Positions 56,531-64,000 of a stretch of 64,000 bases of DNA are shown piece after piece (positions within the stretch are counted from its first letter, which is position 1; each line of letters begins with the position of its first letter). Location: the NCBI GenBank assembly GCA_036379135.1, contig DASUVG010000191.1, positions 10,320 through 74,319 of the forward strand, given 5' to 3'. Under the pieces are notes generated by a model. That model made no database searches, was not told where the DNA came from, and worked only from the letters and a program-made list of their open reading frames with translations. The translations under genes and the position numbers were made by a program. Source of the DNA: Longimicrobium sp. Its GTDB lineage: Bacteria; Gemmatimonadota; Gemmatimonadetes; Longimicrobiales; Longimicrobiaceae.

Positions 56531-57040
56531 ATGCTTTCCATCATCCGCCACCTGATCGCGATCCTGCTGCTGCCGTTCATGGTGGTGGTGATGGTGCCGC
56601 GCTGGCTGCTGGGCACGGACGCCGCCGCGATGGGCTGGGGCGGCGCGCCCGCGGTGGACGGCCTCTCTCGCGCGGCGGGCGCGGTGGTGTTCGCGGCGGG
56701 CTTCGCGCTATTCGCGTGGTGCGTCCTGCTGTTCGCGCGGGTGGGGCAGGGGACGCTGGCGCCGTGGGACCCCACGCAGCGGCTGGTGGCCGTGGGGCCC
56801 TACCGCCACGTGCGGAATCCCATGATCAGCGGCGTGCTGCTGATGCTGACGGGCGAGGCGCTGCTGTGGAGGTCGGCCGCGCTGGCCCTCTGGGCGGGCA
56901 CGTTCCTGCTGATCAACCACGCCTACTTTCTCCTCTCCGAAGAGCCGGGGATGGAGCGGCGCTTCGGCGACGGCTACCGCGTCTACCGGTCGCACGTGCC
57001 GCGCTGGATTCCGCGGCTGACGGCGTGGCCGGGGGAGTGA
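56531..57040 (+). CDS. isoprenylcysteine carboxylmethyltransferase/PEMT family protein
   Basis: GQGTLAPWDP, LV..GPYRHVRNPM, EEP...RRFG..Y..Y...VPRWIP. Confidence 0.9.
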   Translation: MLSIIRHLIAILLLPFMVVVMVPRWLLGTDAAAMGWGGAPAVDGLSRAAGAVVFAAGFALFAWCVLLFARVGQGTLAPWDPTQRLVAVGPYRHVRNPMISGVLLMLTGEALLWRSAALALWAGTFLLINHAYFLLSEEPGMERRFGDGYRVYRSHVPRWIPRLTAWPGE

Positions 57041-57122
57041 TACCAAATCCAGCTGAGCTGGGCCGTCCCGGATCTGGTATGATGTGATGTGATGTGATGA
57101 TGTGATCGTGATGAATCGTGAT
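57040..57122. repeat. mini inverted repeat ATACCAAATCC..GGATCTGGTAT followed by a (GATGT)n microsatellite
   Basis: directly visible. Confidence 0.7.
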
Positions 57123-57373
57123 ACCACACATCCGGGAAAAGAATGTGACTTCCTGAGGGAGCGCACGCCCAGATTCTGCCGCCTGCACTGACCCCGGCGC
57201 GCGACCGAAGGACCTCCTTTCGGCTGCGCACGGGCCAGATCAGGACGCGGAGCCAGGCCCCTTCGTCCTGCTGGCGAGGTCCTTCGGTCGGCGCGCCGGG
57301 TTCCCGGTCGAGATAGGGTTCAGCGCGGCGCCTCCCTCAGGAAGTCATGCGCTCTATTGCCGGATTTGGGATG
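57121..57373 (-). mobile_element. family A MITE/REPIN-like element copy 2
   Basis: IR TGACTTCCTGAGGGAG at 57146 and 57332-57347; reverse-complement homology to 15643-15895. Confidence 0.8.
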
Positions 57374-57386
57374 AACCCGGCGATTT

Positions 57387-57419
57387 CGGCAGCCGCGGGA
57401 CTTGCTCCCGCGGCTGCCG
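57387..57419. terminator. 14-bp hairpin downstream of the repeat lipoprotein gene
   Basis: CGGCAGCCGCGGGA-cttgc-TCCCGCGGCTGCCG. Confidence 0.6.
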
Positions 57420-57448
57420 TGCTTCAGGGGACCGGAGTGGGCCGGCGG

Positions 57449-58015
57449 TCACTTACCGCCGCTGCCGCCCAGGAACGGGCTGTCCTCTTCTTCCTCCGTC
57501 CGGTTGCCGCTGCCCGTGAAGGCGGAGCTGGCATCGTCACCCTCCCGGCTTCCCGAGCCCATGTACGACGAGCTGGTGGATGCCGACGCAGCGTCGCCGT
57601 TCCGATTTCCCGAACCCATGTAAGTCGAGCTTGTGGATGCCGACGCATCGTCGCCGTCCCGATTCCCCGAGCCGATGTACGTCGAACGGGTGGATGCCGC
57701 CGCGTCGTCTGCGTCGCGGCTTCCCGAGCCGGCATACGTCGAGGAGGTAGATGCCGACGCGTGGCCGCCATCCCGGTTCCCCGCGCCTGCGTAGACTGAA
57801 CTTGTGGACGGCGGTGCGTCCTGGTCCAGGCCGGTGCCGATGGCGGGAGAGCCATCGAACGCAGGCGTACTCTCGGCGGCGGCTTCCGATTCGCTGCGGT
57901 ACCCGCTACCCATGAGGGTGCTGTTCAGCGGCGCGGCGGCATCGGGGAGGACGGGATCGCCCTGGCACGCGGCCAGGGTGGCTGCCAGGGCAAGGGAGAA
58001 AGTGCGGATTCGCAT
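57449..58015 (-). CDS. lipoprotein with 19-aa tandem repeats (YxGSGNR cores)
   Basis: GAGGTG RBS, lipobox LAAC, 57-nt repeat units at ~57500-57810. Confidence 0.85.
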   Translation of the reverse strand: MRIRTFSLALAATLAACQGDPVLPDAAAPLNSTLMGSGYRSESEAAAESTPAFDGSPAIGTGLDQDAPPSTSSVYAGAGNRDGGHASASTSSTYAGSGSRDADDAAASTRSTYIGSGNRDGDDASASTSSTYMGSGNRNGDAASASTSSSYMGSGSREGDDASSAFTGSGNRTEEEEDSPFLGGSGGK

Positions 58016-58330
58016 GGTTCACCTCGAGCGAGTGGAGAGGGCCGCGCCGGCTGGCGGGGCCTGCTCCCAAGCTGTAGCAACGCAGGCGAAGCACAAAGCC
58101 GGCAGGTGCGAATCCGGACGTTTCTGGTGCGGACCCGCCGCCGTGGCGGGACGAAGCTTTCCCGCATGCCGCCGTGTCCGATAATCCCCCGGCGCGGGGT
58201 TTCCGCCGGCGTTCCCGGGGTGCACCGAAACGATGGTATTTGAGCCGCACCTGGCCGGTAGTGCGCGTGGTTTTTGACGCACCGGCCGTATCAAACCTGT
58301 GCTCTTGCTGTCCGGGTCGTTATTATAGGG

Positions 58331-58376
58331 TGTCCATAGTTGTCCGAATTGTCTGATTTGTCCGCTTTTTTGTCGG
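58331..58376. promoter_or_regulatory. phased TGTC(C) direct-repeat array
   Basis: TGTC at 58331, 58341, 58350, 58359 and 58371 in an AT-rich patch. Confidence 0.5.
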
Positions 58377-58409
58377 ACTGCTTCCCGGGGCGTTGCCGCG
58401 ACAGAGACC

Positions 58410-58640
58410 ATGGGCGAACACGCGATCGACCTCGACAGCGCCAGAACGCAGCTGCCCGAGCTGGTTCGGCAGGCCGCCCGCGGCGAGGACGTGATCCTCA
58501 CCGAGGGCGGAGAGCCCGTCGCCCGGATCATCCCCGTCATGCGCGCGCAGGGGCCGCGCGAGTTCGGCAGCGCCCGGGGACTGATCCACATGGCCGACGA
58601 TTTCGACGAGCCCCTTGATGAATTCAGGGATTACATGTAG
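58410..58640 (+). CDS. Phd/YefM family antitoxin
   Basis: ARTQLPELV..AARGEDVILT..GEPVARI; FGSARG.I.MADDFDEPL. Confidence 0.92.
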   Translation: MGEHAIDLDSARTQLPELVRQAARGEDVILTEGGEPVARIIPVMRAQGPREFGSARGLIHMADDFDEPLDEFRDYM

Positions 58641-58649
58641 CCTCTGTGC

Positions 58650-59042
58650 ATGTCCATTCGTGCCCTGCTCGACACGCACAGCTTCATCTGGTTCATCGGC
58701 GGCAGCGAGCGCCTGAGCGCCCGGGCCCGCGCGCTCATCGAGGCGCGCGAAAATCCCCTGCTGATCAGCGCGGCGAGCCTGTGGGAGATCGCCATCAAGA
58801 GCGGCCTGGGCAAGCTTTCCCTGGACCGTCCGTTCGCCGAGCTCATTCCGGATCAGCTGGAGCGCCAGCAGATCGCCGTGCTGGGCATCGAGCTGCCGCA
58901 TCTCGCCGAGCTGGCCCGCCTGCCGCATCATCACCGCGACCCCTTCGACCGCATGATCGCCGCGCAGGCCATTGCGGAACGGTTGCCCGTGATCAGCGCC
59001 GACGCCGCCTTCGACGCATATGGAGTGCAGCGCGTCTGGTGA
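58650..59042 (+). CDS. vapC: VapC PIN-domain toxin
   Basis: LLDTH.FIW, SAASLWEIAIK, HHRDPFDRMI.AQA, ISAD. Confidence 0.93.
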   Translation: MSIRALLDTHSFIWFIGGSERLSARARALIEARENPLLISAASLWEIAIKSGLGKLSLDRPFAELIPDQLERQQIAVLGIELPHLAELARLPHHHRDPFDRMIAAQAIAERLPVISADAAFDAYGVQRVW

Positions 59043-59095
59043 GGGGCCACGCGGCGCGGAGTCGCCCGGCGCTTTGACCGCATCCATAAAAGCAC

Positions 59096-59184
59096 TCACG
59101 CGGACGACGCGGAGGAAACGAGAGGGGACGCGGATGAAGTCGTCATCCGCGTCCCCTCTTCGTTCCTCCGCGTCTTCCGCGTGA
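59096..59184. repeat. family D hairpin repeat copy 3
   Basis: long near-perfect inverted repeat between convergent genes. Confidence 0.85.
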
Positions 59185-59203
59185 ACCCGTTCTATTCCAG
59201 GGA

Positions 59204-60922
59204 TTACGGCTGCCGCGTCCCCGGGACCACGGCGCCGTTCTGGTGCAGCGTGGCGACCGTCGCGCGTCCGTTCTCCACGGTAAAGACCAGGCGCACCGCG
59301 TCGTCGAAGTCGGGGATGAACACGTGCTCGCCCTGGTGGCGCAGCCGGAACGCGCCCTGGCCGGCGGCCTGCGACATCAGCCGCCCGCCCTGCGCGAAGA
59401 TGCGCAGGTCCATCGTTCTCTCGCCCAGCCGAAGCGTGTACGTGCCTTCGTAGCGCGCCATCTCCTCCGCCGTCAGCGGCAGGTCCAGCACCTCCACCGC
59501 CGGCGTGGACGTGCGGTCGCTCACCCGGCGGGCGTTGCGCTGCGTGCCGTTCATGTCCATCACCACCCCCGCCACCGCGCCGGACGCGTCCCGCGTAAAG
59601 CGCATCCGCCACGGCGTGCGCTTGAGGAAGAAGCTGCTGTCCGACTCGGCGTACATCCTGAACCGCACGTTCTCCGGGATGCGGATCGTCATCGTCCCGT
59701 CGTCCTCAAGCCGGACGAAGGCGGACCGGCCGGGGGCGAGCTCGTACTCGCCCGCGTAGCCCGCGAGCACGCCGCGCGCGACGGGCACCTCGCGGATGGC
59801 CAGCGGCGCCCCGCGCCTCAGGAAGTCCTGGCCGATGTCGTCCTCGAACCCGCCGGAGTTGGTCAGCAGCACAAAGCCGACGCCCTTTTCCGGATCGAAG
59901 CCGATCATGGTGTTGAAGCCGGCGGTGCCCCCGCCGTGCGAGATGAGCGTTCGGCCCCCTTCCGTCTGCAGCGCCCACCCCAGCCCCATCGCCATCTCGT
60001 CCGTGAACCGGTGCCGCAGCTGGTGGGTCTGCCGCATCGCCCGCTCCAGCTCCGTGTCGGCGGGGCCCAGCTGGGCGCGCAGGTAGACGAGCATGTCTTC
60101 CATGCTGGAGCGCAGTCCGCCCGCGCCCGCGATGGCATCGTTCAGGTCCCAGTACGGCACCACGCGGCCGGCCTCGTTGTGCCCCCGGGCCAGCCACTCG
60201 CCCACCTCGCCCTCGCGGGAGTAGCTGGTCATCCGCATCCCCAGCGGCTCCAGGATGCGCTGCCGGATGAGCGTCTGGATGTTGGTGCCCGCGGCGCGGC
60301 CCAGCGCGTGGCCCAGCAGCCCCACCCCCAGGTTGGAGTACTCGAACTCCGACCCGATGTCCCGCCGCAGCTCGTGGCTGTTCAGGAACGCGTAGAGCTG
60401 TTCGACCGTGTAGTCGGCGTACGGGTTGGTCGGGTCCGCGGGCGCCATGTTGCTGGCCAGCCGGGGCAGGCCCGAGCGGTGGGTGGTCAGGTCCAGCAGC
60501 GTGATCTGCCGCCCGTTGCGCGAGGGCACCCGCACCCCCTGGGGCATGTACTTCTGCACGGGATCCTCCAGCGCCACCTCGCCCCTCGCTACCATGTCGG
60601 CCAGGATGGTGCCGGTGAACGTCTTGTTGATGGATCCGATCTCGAACACCGTCCGCGGTCCCAGCGGCCGCGCCCCCGCCCCCGCCGATCCCGCCGAGAG
60701 AACGCGCGTGGACCCGTCCGCCTCCACGATCCCCAGGATGATCCCCGGCGTCTCCCCGTCCTTCACCAGGTAGTCGAGCATCACCTGCAGGTCCGCGTCC
60801 GACGGGAACGTCCACGCCGGGTTGGCCGGCGTCGGCGTCTGTGCGGCGATGGCGGGCGCGCAGGCCGTGCCGAGCACCGCGGCTGCGAGCGCGGCGGGGA
60901 GGAGGGTCGATGTCCGTCGCAT
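59204..60922 (-). CDS. serine hydrolase (beta-lactamase/AmpC-like) with two C-terminal DUF3471-like domains
   Basis: signal peptide, FEIGSINK (SxxK), YSN, HGGGTAGF; two Y.G.Y beta domains. Confidence 0.92.
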   Translation of the reverse strand: MRRTSTLLPAALAAAVLGTACAPAIAAQTPTPANPAWTFPSDADLQVMLDYLVKDGETPGIILGIVEADGSTRVLSAGSAGAGARPLGPRTVFEIGSINKTFTGTILADMVARGEVALEDPVQKYMPQGVRVPSRNGRQITLLDLTTHRSGLPRLASNMAPADPTNPYADYTVEQLYAFLNSHELRRDIGSEFEYSNLGVGLLGHALGRAAGTNIQTLIRQRILEPLGMRMTSYSREGEVGEWLARGHNEAGRVVPYWDLNDAIAGAGGLRSSMEDMLVYLRAQLGPADTELERAMRQTHQLRHRFTDEMAMGLGWALQTEGGRTLISHGGGTAGFNTMIGFDPEKGVGFVLLTNSGGFEDDIGQDFLRRGAPLAIREVPVARGVLAGYAGEYELAPGRSAFVRLEDDGTMTIRIPENVRFRMYAESDSSFFLKRTPWRMRFTRDASGAVAGVVMDMNGTQRNARRVSDRTSTPAVEVLDLPLTAEEMARYEGTYTLRLGERTMDLRIFAQGGRLMSQAAGQGAFRLRHQGEHVFIPDFDDAVRLVFTVENGRATVATLHQNGAVVPGTRQP

Positions 60923-61155
60923 GGCGCGTCCTGTATCGCGGGTTTACGTGGCTCGATGGGGAGTGTGCCCGCGGGTACGCGCGGGTGCCGCTCCGGGTTT
61001 CATGAAGGTTCGGTTCACGGCATGTCGCAAACGCATGGAGGTGGGAATCGGGCGCTGCCGTGTCCGACCAGGGAAACAGCCGGTGATGCCCGCGAATGAT
61101 GCCGGCGACGGGTTGTCACGCAGGCAACCCGGACCCCCCAACGCAGAGGTGTGCC

Positions 61156-61365
61156 GTGGCGATCAGCTACTACGTGAACACACAGGCGCAGTCGAACGGA
61201 GACCACGAGGTGCACAGGGACGGGTGCACCTACCTTCCGTCCATCCTGAACCGGAAGTATCTCGGCCAGTTCAACTACTGTGTCGATGCGGTCGACGAGG
61301 CGAGAAAGCACTACACGCAGGTGAACGGGTGCTACTACTGCTCCAACGCCTGCCACACGAACTGA
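61156..61365 (+). CDS. small Cys/His-rich protein (69 aa)
   Basis: GAGGT RBS, GTG start; DHEVH...C...C...NGCYYC..CH. Confidence 0.75.
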   Translation: MAISYYVNTQAQSNGDHEVHRDGCTYLPSILNRKYLGQFNYCVDAVDEARKHYTQVNGCYYCSNACHTN

Positions 61366-61435
61366 TCCCCGGATCACAGCAGGAGAGCACGTCTCGGGAT
61401 CGAGAAACCCCATGACCCTGGACAGGGAGAGTCGA

Positions 61436-61645
61436 ATGGCGAAGTTCTGGATAACCAGAGACAGGGCCGGCGAGTGGCGGTGGGCGCTCCTGGCCGACAA
61501 CAACAAGACGATCGCGGATTCGGGTGAGGGCTACGTCCGCCGCGAAAGCTGCCTGGACGCGATCGGCCGCGTGAAGCGGGACGCGCCCGGCGCATCGGTC
61601 TACGACGCGCCCGAATCCACCCCGAAGCTGGTCCCGGGCGTGTAG
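61436..61645 (+). CDS. YegP/DUF1508 family protein
   Basis: F.I.RD.AGEWRW.L.A.N..IADSGEGY. Confidence 0.9.
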   Translation: MAKFWITRDRAGEWRWALLADNNKTIADSGEGYVRRESCLDAIGRVKRDAPGASVYDAPESTPKLVPGV

Positions 61646-61844
61646 ATACGCACAAGGAGCAGGGTGGGGCCGAGCGCTGGAACGCGAGCCCCACCTCGCT
61701 GCTTTCGCCGCCGGCGGAGGGACCAACTGCTCGCACCTGCTACGCCTGGTGTCCCCCGCACGATTTTTCTTGCGCTCCCCCGCGCCGGGGAGCATCCTCC
61801 GTGGCGCAGGCCCACCGTGAACATGCCTACCGGGAGAGAATTCC

Positions 61845-62306
61845 ATGGCAGACGTCGACGCGACGATGATGAAGGTGCAGCGCCTACTGACGGGGCCGAT
61901 GGGGCTCCGCATCACGCTGCAGGGCGAGACCATCACCGTGTCCTTTACGGACGTCAGCACCCGGGTCAACCTGAACTTTACCGCCTGGGGCCAGAACAAG
62001 GCCGGCGATCCGTCCACGCTCATCCAGCTTACGTGCCCCCTGCTGTGGGAGGTGGATCCCGCGCCGGCCGTGTACGAGTGGATCGCGCGGCAGGGGGGCA
62101 AGTTCTACTTCGGGCACGTTACCGCATACGACGACTCGTCGGCGGCGGGCAAGCTGTTCCTCATGATGTCGCACACGCTGCTGGGCGACTACCTGGACGA
62201 GGAAGAGCTTCACTGGGCGCTGCACACCATGCTCCAGACGGCCGACGGCCTGGACGACGAGCTGAAGGGCAAGTTCGGCGGCAAGCGCTTTGCCGACTTT
62301 GCCTGA
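61845..62306 (+). CDS. YbjN/T3SS-chaperone-like domain protein
   Basis: beta-beta-beta-helix pattern, FGHV, HTLLGDYLDEEEL...AD.LDDEL...FGGKRF. Confidence 0.7.
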   Translation: MADVDATMMKVQRLLTGPMGLRITLQGETITVSFTDVSTRVNLNFTAWGQNKAGDPSTLIQLTCPLLWEVDPAPAVYEWIARQGGKFYFGHVTAYDDSSAAGKLFLMMSHTLLGDYLDEEELHWALHTMLQTADGLDDELKGKFGGKRFADFA

Positions 62307-62315
62307 GACGCGCCG

Positions 62316-63527
62316 ATGAACCGTGCCGTGATCTCCGATGCGGCGGTCTCGGCCGCCAAGGCGTACTCGCACGCCGCGGTGGAGCCGCGCCACGTGCTGT
62401 TCGTCCTGGCCCGGCACTTTCGCGAGCATCCCGGCTGCGCCGCGTACCCGGAAGCCGCCAAGCGCGCGCTGGAGCCGCGGGGCAACGCGTACGGCTCGCC
62501 GGCGGTGAGCGAGGCGGCCACCGCCCTGCTGGACACGCTCAAGTCCGACGACGACGCGATCGCCGCGCTCCGGCAGGCGTTCCAGGGCGACGGAGCCGCC
62601 GCGGGCGCCGCGGGCGGACAGGCGGCCGAGACGGTGGAAGAAGCCGCGCCCCGCGCGCAGCCCCGGGCCACCCCCGGCGCCGCGGAATCCGTCGTCGACG
62701 TGCTGGCCGAGCTGGACGCGCTGACGGGGCTGGGCGCGGTAAAGGCGCAGGTGCGCAGGATCATCGCCGTGGTGCAGGCCAACACCGAGCGCGAAAAGGC
62801 CGGGCTGCGCCCCGTGAAGCCCGGGCTGCACCTGGTGTTCACCGGCCCGCCGGGAACGGGAAAGACCACCGTGGCGCGTCTCGTTGCCCGGCTGTACGCG
62901 GCGGCCGGCGCGCTTCCGGGCTCCAACTTCAGCGAGGCCACCCGCGCCGACCTCATCGCCGGATACGTGGGCCAGACGGCCATCAAGACGCACGAGCTCA
63001 TCAACCGCACGCGGCCCGGCGTGCTCTTCATCGACGAGGCGTACAGCCTTACGCCGACCAGCGGCGTGGATTACGGCCACGAGGCCATCGCCACCCTGGT
63101 AAAGGCGATGGAGGACCACCGCGACGACTTTGCCGTGATCGTGGCCGGCTACGGCGACGAGATGCAGGAGTTCATCGAGTCCAACCCGGGGCTCCGCAGC
63201 CGCTTCAAGACGTACATCGACTTCCCGGATTACGATTCCGGCGAGCTGAGCGAGATCTTTGGGCGGATGGCGGACGAGGTGGGGATCGCACTGGGGCCGG
63301 GCGCGCTGGAGAAGGCGGAGAAGGTGTTTGCCTCGGCCGCGGGCAAGCGTTCCTTCGGCAACGCGCGGTTCGCCCGCTCGCTCTTCGAGCAGGCGTACGC
63401 GCACATGGCCACCCGCGCCGCCGGCGACGGCGCCGTCACCGTCGAGGAGCTGACCACGCTCCTGGCCGAGGACATTGACACGGACCTGTCGATGCTCCCG
63501 GCCGATCCGCGCCGCATCGGCTTCTGA
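62316..63527 (+). CDS. AAA+ ATPase (CbbX/SpoVK/EccA clade) with Clp-N-like N-terminus
   Basis: HLVFTGPPGTGKTTVAR, YVGQTA, VLFIDEAYSL, NPGLRSRF, FGNAR, RRIGF. Confidence 0.92.
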   Translation: MNRAVISDAAVSAAKAYSHAAVEPRHVLFVLARHFREHPGCAAYPEAAKRALEPRGNAYGSPAVSEAATALLDTLKSDDDAIAALRQAFQGDGAAAGAAGGQAAETVEEAAPRAQPRATPGAAESVVDVLAELDALTGLGAVKAQVRRIIAVVQANTEREKAGLRPVKPGLHLVFTGPPGTGKTTVARLVARLYAAAGALPGSNFSEATRADLIAGYVGQTAIKTHELINRTRPGVLFIDEAYSLTPTSGVDYGHEAIATLVKAMEDHRDDFAVIVAGYGDEMQEFIESNPGLRSRFKTYIDFPDYDSGELSEIFGRMADEVGIALGPGALEKAEKVFASAAGKRSFGNARFARSLFEQAYAHMATRAAGDGAVTVEELTTLLAEDIDTDLSMLPADPRRIGF

Positions 63528-63606
63528 CTCCGGGTCGCAGCCGGGCGCGGGCGATGAAGCGAGCCAGCCAGTCTGGACGATCCGCGTACCCATCGGAGGG
63601 GTGCAG

Positions 63607-63933
63607 ATGAAAGCGATCACTAAGGACCTCAGCACAGCGGCGCTCGGCAGCGTTCTCCTCGTGCTGCCGTTCGCGATTCTGGAAGCGGTCAACACCACGC
63701 TGACCAGGCAGAATGCGCGCGGTTTCACCGTGCTGTTCGGGTTTTTATGGCTCCTCGCCGCGGTCTTTCTTGTCGTGCTGATGCCGGTCATGCGGAGTGT
63801 GCGAGCGGGGAACGCGGCGAATCCGCTCAGGCTCCTGCTCGGAGTCGCTGTTCTGCTCGTGGTCGCGTGGGTATGGGGAAGCGTAGTCGCCGATCAGATG
63901 CCCTGTTTTCTGGGCGTCCCGAACTGCGATTAA
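63607..63933 (+). CDS. small membrane protein ending in DQMPCFLGVPNCD
   Basis: GGAGG RBS, 3 TM helices, non-host codon usage (alternative GTG at 63601). Confidence 0.75.
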   Translation: MKAITKDLSTAALGSVLLVLPFAILEAVNTTLTRQNARGFTVLFGFLWLLAAVFLVVLMPVMRSVRAGNAANPLRLLLGVAVLLVVAWVWGSVVADQMPCFLGVPNCD

Positions 63934-64000
63934 GAATGGCCGATCAATTGAGGAAGGAGCGGCCGGCAACCCGTGCCTGAGCCGACTAACCCCCTCCGCG

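Noticed and set aside
59204..60922. Bona fide beta-lactam resistance gene regulated by the BlaI/BlaR pair
   Set aside because: Generic serine hydrolase family, 13 kb away, and no TGTCA-N6-TGACA operator seen upstream
62316..63527. Rubisco activase cbbX or type VII secretion eccA call
   Set aside because: Same AAA clade, but no cbb or ESX genes in context and a different N-terminal domain

Overview
Very GC-rich bacterial chromosomal window; the gene content and repeat types suggest a diderm such as Gemmatimonadota/Longimicrobium (inference, not a database result). Bases 1-38 kb are mostly housekeeping genes: RluA, rlmN, PTS IIA, aspS, phoH/7TM-HD/ybeY/mgtE, recN, tRNA-Cys/Glu/Val, TamA-like, tgt-yajC-def-fmt-thiE-thiS-thiG-rsmB-PASTA, and TlpA-YbbR-tsaD. 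Several families of short palindromic intergenic repeats and 7-8 nt tandem arrays lie between them. The accessory half has five notable parts. (1) A BlaI/BlaR(M56)/TPR-peptidase module whose two promoters share a 55-bp operator block. (2) A minus-strand integron-like cassette array (~46.2-51.9 kb) with six single-gene cassettes, a resident attC family with a non-canonical 5/8-nt spacer geometry, and an attI1-like site. There is no integrase in the window; a protein with AEP/primase-polymerase-like motifs sits next to attI. (3) A lipoprotein built from 19-aa repeats of a Y-x-G-S-G-N-R core, possibly a multi-core peptide precursor. (4) A VapBC-type toxin-antitoxin pair and a serine hydrolase. 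(5) A YbjN-like + ClpN-AAA pair. All coordinates and start codons were read by eye, and product calls rest on motif recognition rather than database searches.
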